DNA of 64,000 bases from Paragordius varius (taxonomy: Eukaryota > Animalia > Nematomorpha). Below, piece after piece: positions 27,060-40,300 of the stretch. The position numbers were made by a program, and so were the translations under genes. Numbering within the stretch: position 1 is the stretch's first letter; each line of letters starts with the position of its first letter. The stretch covers positions 10,540,001 to 10,604,000 of the forward strand of contig OZ176052.1 of assembly GCA_964247055.1 (NCBI GenBank), given 5' to 3'. Below the pieces are notes generated by a model that saw only the letters and a list, made by a program, of their open reading frames with translations, had not been told where the DNA came from and searched no databases.

Positions 27060-28005
27060 ACAGTTGTATTTATAAGTATTTAACGGTTTCTAGGTACAAA
27101 CACGGATTTTTATAATATCATCATATATTATATTCATTATTCTGCGAGAAAGCTTCCCATAGATGCGTAGATGTATTAGCGAAATGGCGTAAATTTAGGA
27201 GACTTTAGTGAATGCGGAAAAAATTCCCATCCAAGCCAATTTAACGTGTCTTTACCTGGTTTACTGTGCAATAAAATTTATTGTTATATAGCAAAATCGT
27301 TTAACCATGTTTTTCTAGATTCCAGATGTTTTTAAATTGCATCGTTTTAATTGGGTTGTTAGTGATAGTGATAAGCAATTTTACGAGACTTCAAAAGTCA
27401 AAATACCGTCCTGTTCCCCTAATGCACATGGCATGGTTTTTTGTGGAAGCGATTTGGCCTTATTGCTAATGGAACGGGTTGGCCAGATAAATCGATTTTG
27501 TCCGTTCCAATTGGATACAATGATTTCTTTAATCAGGTATTTACAAGTATATCTGCATTTCCGCTTGACGTTCAAATTGTGTGGGACACATTAGAGTTTC
27601 AGGCCTTTACCATTGCTCAATGACAACTATTGTTGTTTTTATAATACAGGTATGTCAATTGTTGTATTAATTATTTCATCATTCAATAACTCTTAAACTT
27701 TACCGCACACTCTTTCACATGAAATCACAACTTTAAAATTTCGAAATTATGCTTCACATGAATAATCGAGGGAGCATGTTTACCATATGTTTCTGCCCCC
27801 GCAAACCGTAAATTTCAAGAACCTTTTTCATCTGATGTAATGAATGCCGCATCTTTTTCAGGCACAATTCGGTATACTTATTGTATGATAAAAATAAACG
27901 CTACTTTTTGGTGAAGTCAACAAGTCAGATGAACAAAATGTATCGAATCAATTGTCTGTGTTCTTTTATCAAAAATATTGTTTTAGTTACACCGGAATTA
28001 ACTAA
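27060..28005 (-). mobile_element. Decayed mariner (Mos1-like) element
   Basis: TIR-like CAGTTGTATTTATAAGTATTTAAC at 27061. Remnants include KAKSLPQKTMPCALGEQDGIL (cf. RFGKKTMLCVWWDQSGV) and CCGAATTGTGCCTGAAAA at the start region, shared with other copies. Confidence 0.75.
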
Positions 28006-28309
28006 TGAATCACCAAATCGATGCGCTAAAAATAATTTCCTTTTTCTAATAAATTTATCTGAAAATCCCCCCATTCATATAATTCCTACCACAGTAATAA
28101 AAAACCATTAAATAATGCAAATACAAAAGCAAACATATTAATATATTATCACATGCAAAATAATTAAAAATGGCAATAATTAAGGCCTAATAACTTGCTT
28201 TATAAAAAATAATAAATTAATCATAATAAAAAATATAGTATATATATATTTATTATATATATGTACAAAGAAAAAATAAATTAGAACATATAATATACAT
28301 TCATATACG

Positions 28310-31300
28310 TTAATTTGATTTGGATTGTTCATACTTGGTGGATGAATAAATAAATACTAACTTATTACGTAAACTTATATCATTCAAATTTCTTATATAC
28401 TTTTCAATATCATTCTTTATGCCATCCCCCGTGTACATATATTTGATATGATACAATATTCCACATATCAAATCACTGAACGCAAAGCAACTTTTTCCGG
28501 GATTTATGGCAGAGATTGGATGACTAAAAAATATTTTTGTCAAATAATTATAACGCTACAGATTTAATTAGAAATGTAGATTAGAATTAGTTTTGTTAAC
28601 ATTTATATATAATTAATGCCTTAAAGATTTATATTTTTTAATTAAGGCATTATATGACCGTGAATGCTAATATAAATAATGTGCAGGAATTATACGTTTT
28701 CAAAATGATATGTAATATAAATATAACTAAATCATTTCAAAGCTATTGGAAGGGAACATTAAAATTTAATATTTGTAATTGCTTATGTTGAGAAAAAAAC
28801 TTAATTGGATATTTTTTCAAAATTAACATTGATTAACTAGTTATGACTATAAATGACTGCATTCATAAACCATTATTTATCAGTCAAAAACTTTTTGTTG
28901 TGATTTAATCATTATACTTGTCGATTTCCATTGGGGACTCCTCCGGCAGAGTTTTTTTAACAACATCTTTCATCAATATACTTTTATTATTAGAGGCGAG
29001 AATATTATCTATTCGATTTAACATATCATAAATTTCAATGGTAAGCTCAAGCAAACACCGCGTTTTCTCCAAATGAAATCGTTGTAAATATGGACCAACT
29101 AGATGACACAGGTAGAGGAATTGTTTTTCACACACTATAATTGGTTTGAGTTGTTCCCTATCATATACAATGATTAATTATGTGATGATATAAACATATT
29201 ATAACGGCGTTTAAAAATCAATATAAAGAGCACAACAAAAAAAATTCAGCCATTTTTGATTAAACACCTTCGCCCTAGCATCCATTATAGCTAAAAAAAT
29301 CTGACAGGTGTGTTAATCCATAATAACATTATCAGTCAAAGGGAGAAACGAAAAAATCAACATAGTTTTTACATATAACAAAATAGACATTTACCCTCTA
29401 CTAAAAAAGAAAGAAAACCACATAGGCATTGACACATTTTATATTTTATCCTATTATATTATGATTTTTTTATCCACACATTTCTTTTATTTTCGTTTAT
29501 TCAGTAAAGATTCTACCATGTATCAAAAATTTTCATTGTTTAATTTAATAAATTTTTTTGAGAATTCAAATTTTTATTTAAATTTCTATCTATATTTCAA
29601 AAAAAATTAAATTTGATGCATACCTAACAAATTTGGGTAAATACGTCAGTTGAGATAAATTAGAATGCATAAAGAGTGTGTGAGAAAAATGAAGAAGGCT
29701 TTGACTAAAATCAAAATTGTGAGATGATTGCTTATTTGTGTTGTCCATCACTTGTAAATGTTTAGGATAACTTTTGTTTGAGGCACTAACAAACATTTAA
29801 AAAACGTATAAATTAAGCTGTTCTAGTATTATACGGAAACTGTCTGGGTTACCAAATAATTTAAAAGTTTATTAAAAACCAATTATTTACACAAAACAGA
29901 TAAGCTAATAACAATTAGATATAAATATTCTTGAATTTAGGAAAAATAATATTTATTCAATATCAAGCGTATACCTTGAAATGGGTTGAAAAACAGATAA
30001 CACTCCTTCTGGTAGGTTTTCATCTATGTTTGTCGTATTCGCCCTCTTAGATATATTATAAACCTTTAACAGTAAAACAAAAAAAAAACTCGTTCATGAA
30101 TTTTATTTAATTGTCCAATTTGTTGAAACTCTTGTACCAGGCAGGAATAGAATGCCGTTCGAAAACATTCCTATCATAATATAAAGATAAAAAATGATTT
30201 ATATATAATATTTAATATATAGTTTAATTCATTGCAACAAAAATTAATAAAATATCTAACTTTTACCAAATTATTATGAATTGTTTTTATTTATTTTTTT
30301 TACAATAATATTAGTTATTTCCTTTTGCGTAGTTTAGCCATATGATATTTAAACGGTCAAAAACTCTACTTTAGTCATATAGACCACCTACCGGTAAATG
30401 TACTAGAATCAGACTGACTCCCATAAATAAGTCTTCTTGATTGCATTGCATTAAAATACAAGAATCATTTTTATCAGTGAGCGATTTCAAATTATTATCA
30501 GGTATATTCTCATTATGTGAAAAACTAATTGGCTTGTTAGTTATCTTTCCTCTTTCCCGTAAAAGTTTTGTGAACCATTCCATTAGTTTTTGACTTATAA
30601 TTGACCCGTGATAAGGTTGTGCTAATAACTCAATCGATATAACATATGTGTAATGAGCTATATCATTGCTGAATTCATCATATCGCCAATCCCAATTATT
30701 ATTTGTATTATTACTATAGGTGGTTTTATTTGTAGGGTATTTATGCTGAATTATGGCTGCAATAAATAATAGGAGAAATTGTTAAATTATCAACAGAATT
30801 ATGTTTATGACAATATAAATATTTCCCAAAAAATTGTCAATTTAATTATAGAATACCTTTGACTATTCTCACAAATAAGCGATCAAAGTATTCATGGGTA
30901 AGGGGAAACGGTTTGAATGACGTACTTTGTAAAGAGGGATCTTTACTTTGTTGTTGAGCAAATTTTATATGCTGTTGTAAATTAGCATAAAATTCGGGTG
31001 TTAGAAACCAATCATGAGATGGATTATTCAAACCTATAGATATAAAAAAGATATTTTCACACATTTTTGTAAAGATTTATACCTATGTTGAGTCCTTGTT
31101 TTTAAGTATGGTAATTGAAATGCGAATATACTAAATTTCAGGTCAAACGCTTATGTGATAAATCGGTAAGCCAAATATATAAATCCGAACCAAAGCGATA
31201 ATAAAAAATACCTTCGTTTGTTTCCATTAGAGCCTGTATGATATTTTTGGTTAATCGAGCTTTGATTGCCATACATAGTTGTTCAGCTTGGGCCCCATTG

Positions 31301-34300
31301 TTAGGATTATGCAGTCGTTTATCGTAATAATACGTCAACGTTTCATAAATGAAATGTAATGGTTTAGAATGATATCTGTAAAGTAGCACATAAACACATA
31401 AAAATTAGAAAAATACATATATTAAAAACTTTAGATGCCAAAAAATATGGTGTTTTATGTAAAACCCGCCTTGTTTGTCTCATGTGACTGAATTTAAAAG
31501 CGATAATCAAAACATTTGACTTTTCCTAGATCATGATATCAATAAATATAAAAAAGTTTGAAATAGTATAGTATTATTGAAGGGCATTTTTTGATGATTG
31601 TCGCCTAATGGTACAAACAAATTGTTTTTTTATTTTTAAATGGCCCATTAGGTGTATTCATAAGGTATTTTAAATAAAAATTAATTATTGGTTATATTCA
31701 AAAGATTGTGCATCGGCTTCTAAACATGTGCCTATCTCAGGTATTGTGTAGGTGGCGTCACCGATTGACTTTTACAAAAATCGAAATTATTGAAATGCTG
31801 TACTGCGAGGGTGATCCCCATAGATGCGAATAGTCCTATCGCCAGATCAGGATTGTTCAACAGATGCAAAAAAATTCCCATCGAAGTGATTTTATTCATT
31901 TTTCACTATGAATCGATTCAAAAAGGAGTTCTTCCGTACATAGAAGCACGATTTTTTAAATCTGCGATGTTCGATTTGACGTTCATTTAGTTAAATCGTG
32001 CGAAACGCATTTACCGGTTTATTTGTCTTTGTCATTACTCGTAGTCATTTATTGATTGTTTTTTTGTGATACATGTATGCCATTTATTGTTAATGTTGGT
32101 AAGTTTGCATTATTATTATAACTCTTACATTTTGGCGTCATCCATTTATGTGGTCTACCAAAGCGACTCTTTCAAATGAATTCACAACTTTGTAATTTAA
32201 AACTTAGCTTCAGAATCGATAGGGATATGCTTCAGCCAACAGATATTCAATACCCTTTTTTCTCATGGTAATGCGTACTGACAATGTTTTCAGGCACAAT
32301 TCGGCATAAATATTTAATGATGAAAATAGGACGCTTGGCGAGATCAACTTGTGTGTATTATGTTAGAATGTGAAATGTGGTCCAAATCAAGTTAATCGTC
32401 GCACCTTTCGCTATTTGTTTTCTTACTTAAACCAGTATTGATTTAATACAATTTACACATACACAATTTCATCCTTAAAGATAAATTTAAACATTTATAC
32501 TGATCTTAAAAAAGATTAGACATAATTTTGATGATGAACAGCTATTTTTACAGAAGTCAATACATTCAAACAAAAATAAATATTGTGATCTTATCTAAAT
32601 GTTGTATTTTACCGTTTAATGGATAAAAATTAATTCAATAAAGGGTCAATAATCATATATGTTCAAAATTTTTTTTCAGGAGAATCTTAAAAGCCAACAA
32701 ATTTACGGATGAGTTATACTGAATATATATGGTTAAAATATATTTTATACACATAAAAATAGGGTACTTTGGATTATGCCTTTTCGCCCTACAATCTAAA
32801 TAATTTATTTTTACCGTTTCCGATCTCTCCATTTTAAAGAGTTGAGAATCAACAATTTAAAATTCTATTTTCAAATATAAATTGGCTTATTATTTATTTT
32901 TGTGTCCGCATTATCCCATATAAAAATAAATATACCTATATAGGCTCCCCATTCTATCTAGAAGTGTTCCAAGAGATTTGTACATACCAGGTAATTCCAA
33001 ATATCGGTGTATTAAAATGTCAATAATCTATTCATTTTTTCGTTAAAATAAATATATAACAAAATCGCTAACAAAATAGAGAACTCTAATAATTTTGAAG
33101 ATAAAAATTTTTAAGAATAAATATACAGGCAAGAGTCTGAAATAAATGTTTCCAAACATTTGAGGTAAAACACTTTGATTTGCATTGGTGTTTGACTCAA
33201 AGCATCTATAATGTGTTAAAGTTAATAGATAAATAAATGGGCCAAGTTAATTTCAATGCTATAAATATATATTATAAAGAAAACTCCATTTTTACAACAA
33301 AAAACACAATACTTTTCCGAATATTTAGTTATGAAGTTGTTGTGTTTTATGTGCCAATTCAAAAGGTTAAAATGTTTGCTCGGATAGAGAGTAAGGAAAT
33401 CGGTATAGCGTTGGTTTAAGAAGTCTGGCGGTTTTAACAAAAGTAGTTGGCAAATGAAAAGACTCATTTGTGATGGTATATCCTGTATAGCATGAGCATT
33501 ATAACTGTTGAAATCTAGCGAGAGATTGAACAGAAAACAACAAATTATATGTTATATCCAAATAGATATATATTTTAATAACATATAGAAATGAATTAAT
33601 TTAATTTCCAATGTTAAAAGTACGCAAAAAATAATAATATTATATAAACCTAAAGATTGCGCTGATGATTTTTCCATCATAATAGTATCAGATGAATCTA
33701 TTCCATTGATATTTTTATCATTTAAAACATTTGTTGTTGGAGATGCGTTTTCATTTATCAAATTAGTCGTATTAGATGGATTTATGACGCCAGTTTTGTT
33801 AATAGTATGAGCCTTACAAATAAGTATGAGCAATAAACGATCTAACGGTAATAACCCCTTAACCCAAATCATTTCATTCAAGGCTTCAAGGTATTTTGAA
33901 ACGAGGTAGGCATTACTGTTACTCATAATACCCATACCAACGTTTCCACTATTACTATTGTTTCCCGTATTTGCGTTTGATCCATTTGTTTCTAAATATA
34001 TAGGCAACGCAAAAAAAAGTATTTTAACATCGACTAAAATTTATTAAATACAAAATTGGCTAAATAGAATAATTTTTAATGATTTAAACTAATAAAGGAG
34101 TCCGTTTTCTACAAGTAAAATAAATTAATTTTGTATCCAAGAGTTAATACAACCTTGATTAGTACTATTAGAGGTGGTGGCCGTACATTGACAAAATTCG
34201 GTTATGACATAATCCATAAAAATTCTATAGGCGTCAGTGATTTCGGCATAGTACAACATATAAGGTGAAAGGTGTGATGATATGTCTTTGTCTAAAATAT

Positions 34301-37300
34301 GACATAAAATTATATTATTATTAGGTCACAAACATTAATTTATAAAAATGAAAATTATAACAGTAAACTGGCTGTTTTCGATCTAATTTAAAACTAAAAA
34401 TGAGTAAATTTTTTAAAGATATATAAATTGATTTTAATATTTAATAATCAACAATATCCTAAAATGAACTGCTCCATAACGAGTTATCAATATAGAGGTA
34501 AACTAAGAGGATACTGGTTTTTTGTTTTTGTTTTATTTTAAGAAAAATTGCAAAAAATAGACTTTTACAATAAATTTTATTTTATACCATCAACAATTTT
34601 TATATTTGAGGAGGGATCCTGATTGTTTTCATTTCTTTGCAATGATAACTTTAGTTTCTCTTTATAATATTTGGTTTCATACAATAACATTTTCACCGTC
34701 TGCCCATCATAATCGGCAATTTGGGGTGATGCAGATCCCCTATAACACGCAACAAACATATTAGTAAGTGCTATTTACGCAATTTTTTTGGATATTATGT
34801 TAAAAAAATACCATAAAAAGAATTAATAAATTGTATACGTAAGCAGTACACGGATTTTATCGTTACGGCGACACCTATACTATATTTCGACTTAGTATTT
34901 CAAGCACGAATAAACTGCTTTAAAAATTAAAAACCTCTAGGTGAGATATAATTATTACACAAAAAAGCAATATTAAAATATTAACCTAGCATATACTTAA
35001 AGTAATAGCACATTCACTCAATGCAAATTAATTTTTCCAAATCGATTAAAAAACTGTATCCCTAGTAAATTTTATCGTTTCAATTGATTGAGTCAATTAG
35101 CGATGAAAAAAAAGACAAAATAATAATACATACCCATTTCCATTTAGAGCTTGATGAATCCTTCGTTGTACACCAACCTTCCAACAAAGACAGAGCAATA
35201 GAGCCCTAGGGGTTCGGCGCATATCAACAGGCATTTCTTCAATAAAGGTATGCATTATGCCAGACGTATTATTGGTTGATTTATTTGGATTGTTTTCTGG
35301 TTGTAAATTGGCGGTAAAATTTACCATATTAAAACTTTCTACCTGTGACTTGTAAGTTGACAGGTAATGTGTTAAGGCTTGTGTAGATGTCAAAAATTCT
35401 GACAAAAAAACGAAACAAAGAAAATTTTGTTAATACTAAAAAGTATGAACATAACACAAAATCTTTTCGTAAATATCACAATTGATGTTGTACAAGGACA
35501 AAAATAATCCAAAAAAATCTTTGCCGGTATTAAAAAATTATATAGCGCATTATTTATGGGTACCGCTTAAAAATAAATATGATAAATATATACTTTTTAT
35601 GTTTTTAAATTCGTCATTGATCCAAAGATTGAGGGATTTTATTTGTTTTCCATTCTTGTTAACAATATTATTATAGCTGTTTGCTGCTTTGCTATCATTG
35701 CCAATTTTAATACCGTGATACATTTGCGCCAATTGATTAGGCATATTTATATATGTGTGCATAGGAAATGTATGTGGTGTTTTAAGTTGAGCATTTTGAA
35801 TTATTTCATGGCACCTAAACACAGATATATATAAAAATAAAAAAGGTTCTTACACAATTATTTACATACACGGCTGATCTTAACTTTAATTCCTTGATAT
35901 ATCATTTCGGATATTTGTGATTAATGTTATTAATGTCGTCCCTTCTTATTTTTCTATAAGAGATCGAATATTGTAACAGTTTACAAATACCTGATGATTA
36001 ACATAAATGACAGGCACTTTTACATTATGGTACTAGATAATCAATTTTTAAAAAATATTGAATTTGTAGGGGTAAAAATGATAGAAACATAATTGTTGTA
36101 AGGGGCCAGTAATAATTTATTATTAGTGGACTTGGTTTAAAATGTGGCATGTTCCGAGGATATTTAAAAATCCAATACTTTAATAATTTATTAGGACCAT
36201 ACGCACTCGATAAGTTAAATAAATTATGAGTACCATAGACCAGAGGCTGAATCAAATCCCCCATTGATAGCTATATTCTTGGCTAAGGTATATATCCAAA
36301 CTTTATTATGTTCTTCACTATGGGCTTGGACTAAACTCTTACAATCAGCGACAAGGTAACGCGTTATTTGTGGTTGTAAATCAACGTTTGATAAACTTGC
36401 AATGTAATTCAAAGATATGTTATCTATAACATTAAGGAGCATAAGGTATTGTGATATAGTTATAGAGTCATTAACAGTGCAGTTAATGTTGCTATTTGGC
36501 TGATTTGAAGCATTTTGTGATAAAGAGTTTGAATGTTGTTGAGTTTGAAAAGTTGACGATAATATTTCATCAGAATCTGTTTCGTTTGAAAGCAATAATT
36601 TGGAAAGATTCATGGCAAGACCTTGAATGTAAGTCAAGATCTGTATTCTAATTAAAGATCATAATATGTATTTCAATATATACATTTAATCAAATGTCAT
36701 GAATCAACGGAAAAAATGAAGAATATATGTAATTATACCTCACAATCAACACAAAATCCAATTATATATTTTATAGGCAAACTTTAAATTAGCAGTTAAC
36801 AAATAGGGAACAAATTTACTTTTTAAACGCTTACCAGGTGTATTCATAAGTTTTAACCAGTGAAACTAAAAGAAAGTGAAAAAAAAGGTACGCGTAGGAT
36901 TAATTTAATACACACCCTATTTTGTACATCTGACATTTAACAAACACAAACCAGCTGAGTTCACCAAAAACTAGCGGCTTATTTTTATCATTCAGCAATT
37001 ACGTCGAATTTTATTAAAAGGGATGTGTGCGGCATGCATTTTAACTGCTAAAAGTTATCGTTTGCGGGCAGAAACATATCGTGTATATGTTCCATCGATA
37101 CATATAAAAGTTATTTAATGTGAAAGAGTGTGGGCGATTTGGTTAACTACCCAACTGCGAAGAGACTAAAGTGCCATAGTTGTTGAAGGATGTCCCAACT
37201 CAAACTTAACAACAATTGGCAAAAACATTACATGTATCACCAAGAATATAAAATGTCTACAAACTATGGGAAAAATAAAAACTCGATATGAGTCCCATAA

Positions 37301-40300
37301 AATTTAAATGAACGTCAAATAGAAAATCGTAAAGTGACTAGTGAAATCATGCTTATTATCCTCACAAATTATTTTTGCATTAAATTAATGCGCGTGATGA
37401 GAAATGGCTTTTTTTGAAAATTTAAAGCGGAAAAATCGTGGCTTTCATCTTGCCAAGCCGTAATAAGGCCAAATCGCTTTGGTAAGTAAACCCTGCTGTG
37501 TGCCTTGAAAGCCCCGTAAACTTGTTAATACACAACAAACTATGGCTGGCAAATCCTAATTAAAACCATCATTATTCAAAGAAAACATGAAAAAAAAAGA
37601 TTCTGATATATGATAATGATTTGTCTCGTACAATAAAAAAAGTAAAAGACACCTAAAACCATTTCGATGCAAATTTATTCCGCACTTGCTGAATTCTCCT
37701 GAGCCATCTGACTAAAACAACCTCGCAAAAATAACCCTCGCAGCGCAGCACTCAACTAATTTCCAAGACGTTGGAATATTGGACGAATGGTTTGCCGCAG
37801 AAATCAAATATGTTACGAGAAGATGAGCAAAATGTGTAGAAGCCGGTGTATAATAATTAAAATAAAAAATTGATTTCCCATCAAAATTACATGTATTTTT
37901 ACCAAAAAAAACCCGTAAAAACTTATTCATACACCTGGTATATAAATTTTTATATATTGATTTATACTTATAGTGTGTGGATATGTAAGGAAGTCTAAAA
38001 GCCAATAATTCCAACAAGGAATACAAAATTGACCAAGACTGGCATTTTGTAACAGTAGGTAATAGATGATCTAAAATATCAAATATATTAGTAAAACTTT
38101 CTCTATAATTTAATAATTGAAATAATTTACTTATGAATCCTTTGATTCCAAGCGATTCTGTTTCCATGTAAGCCAAAAGTCTCGCATATGTTTCAAGTAT
38201 GGCGGATGTTATACGGTTTAACCGATTTTGTGATGAAATTTTGATGATAGTCCCGGCAATGTTGTGTATCAGACTTGACAATATAATTATAAAATCAATA
38301 ATTAGGTTTATTTAAAAAGTTAGTAAGGGTAAAATTATTGTATTAACAATATTAAATCATTAGCCAAATGTTATGTTAGAAAAAGAATATTAACACCACA
38401 TGATAAAATCAACAGTCACACCTATTACCTCATTTTAGTGTGCACATTAAGGACGTCCAAAAAATCCATTGAGAGTGGTTCTAAATTCCCAGTGCTAGCA
38501 CCCAATGAGGTGTTGGTTTGTTTGAGAGCATATGGTGTTGGATTAGATCCTCGTACAAGATATTCCATAATAGCTGATATCAAAAGGTGGAAACGTTCTG
38601 CCGAAAAACTATAAGCATTACAAAGGATAGGGTAAACAGGGTTAAAAGTCAATTGTTCATTGGATTCAATTGATTTGTTAGCAGTATTAGGGATTGACGC
38701 AACGTATGGTTTGGATGACACATCAATGTACAATGAGTTGACTGTTAGTAAATACGTTTTATCATTACCAGGAAGTGTTACAGTCAAAATTTGATTGCCA
38801 TCTCCCAAGCCCTTTTCAGGACCTGTTGATGTGTTAAACAGTGTGAGTTGATTCGCAAACTTAGATTCAAGATCAGTGATGAAAGCATATTGAGTGGTAA
38901 AAGCAAATGGCATTGGCCATTTCATTATATTGGTATCGAGCGTCGTTTGTGCATCATTGATTTCATTTAATTTTGTGGGAGTGATTTTTTCAACATTCAT
39001 ATTAGTTGTTGTGGATAAGCTCTTGAGTTTTTTGGAAACGTTCATCCATAAACTAAGTCCAGAAAATTGTATGACACAATCATTCATTTGCATGGTAGGA
39101 GTGTTTGGGCGCGACAGTGTGGTGGTAATATCTTCTGCCAACTTCGTGTCACTTGTGTGTTGGAGACCCCCACTCCAATAGCTCAAAGAAATCTGATCTG
39201 GAACCTTTAATGGTATATTTAAAGTTATCGTCGTATTATGTTGGGGATGATATTTTGCATTAGCATACATAGCACTTTCTGGAAAAAGAATGTCAAAAAG
39301 TGTTATTATATGCGTATAATCAAGGCTAGATGATTGCACATTTTGCAGGTTTGCTGAAACGATTTGCAACAAGAGCCAAGCTAAATTATGACGCGTTTGA
39401 CCAAAACATTGTATGGCAATGATTGATTCTTGCATAGTATGCAAAAAATGATCGCCTCGTCTTATAACAGTTATATTTTCTTCCACTTGGTCCTTGATAT
39501 GCGCTTTGATTAAACGAATCAAAGCATCTAATATACCATACAATGAACAAAAGTGAAATAGGATTAGAAAAATAATTTGGGACGCTAGGTGTTGCCATAC
39601 ATTTAATTTGTTCAAATCAACTATCATTGTGGATGGGGAAAATGATGATGTATTATTGCTTTGACCAGGAATGAGTAAATCAAATAGGATGTGAGCTAAA
39701 ACATCCTCCAAAATTTGGCAACGAATCTTTTGCTATAGAGATGAAAGTTTTATGTGCTAAAGGTGTTTTTGCAATTTTTTGATTTCATTTAAATTATGTA
39801 AATTTTATGAGATAAAAAGTTATTTTCCTATTAAAAAATTAACAAAATGTATAAGGGTTTAAACAATTACTTATACATTGGATACGAGATAGTTACCAAT
39901 AACAGCTTAATTACTATTTATTTAAATTTTCAAATTCCTTTATTCAACGCCATTATATTTTGTTTTTTAATAAACCGAATATAATTTCATATTATTTGGT
40001 AATTTTATTTAAATTATAAATCGTAGGGGTTTCAAATTTTTTAAATTAAACTGAGTCATTAATTTGTAGTTTATAGATGTATGTTTTTCACGCTATCCCT
40101 GTCAAATAAATCCTTAACCCTAAATCACTTAAAACCTCATTTTCCAAATGGGCCAAGTAGCTTATTAAAAATTCGATGGTTTTTGAAAAATAAAATAAAA
40201 TAAATGTGTTAATTTTGTCATCAGAACATTGGATGATTTATAGAAAATCTATTGGTTTAAACTTTGAAATTTTTTGCGCTAAATTATATAATTCTATTGG

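Noticed and set aside
36196-36223. Apparent 28-nt micro-intron in MED23
   Set aside because: The same donor splices to an acceptor at ~35817, giving GLWCHEII, which matches the MED23 WC..I..TPH motif. ORF 36025..36264 is intronic.
37712-37970. Second half of the 189-aa ORF as MED23 coding sequence
   Set aside because: It is read-through into the antisense strand of the intronic mariner (TIR at 37916-37938). MED23 splices after HYK at ~37972.
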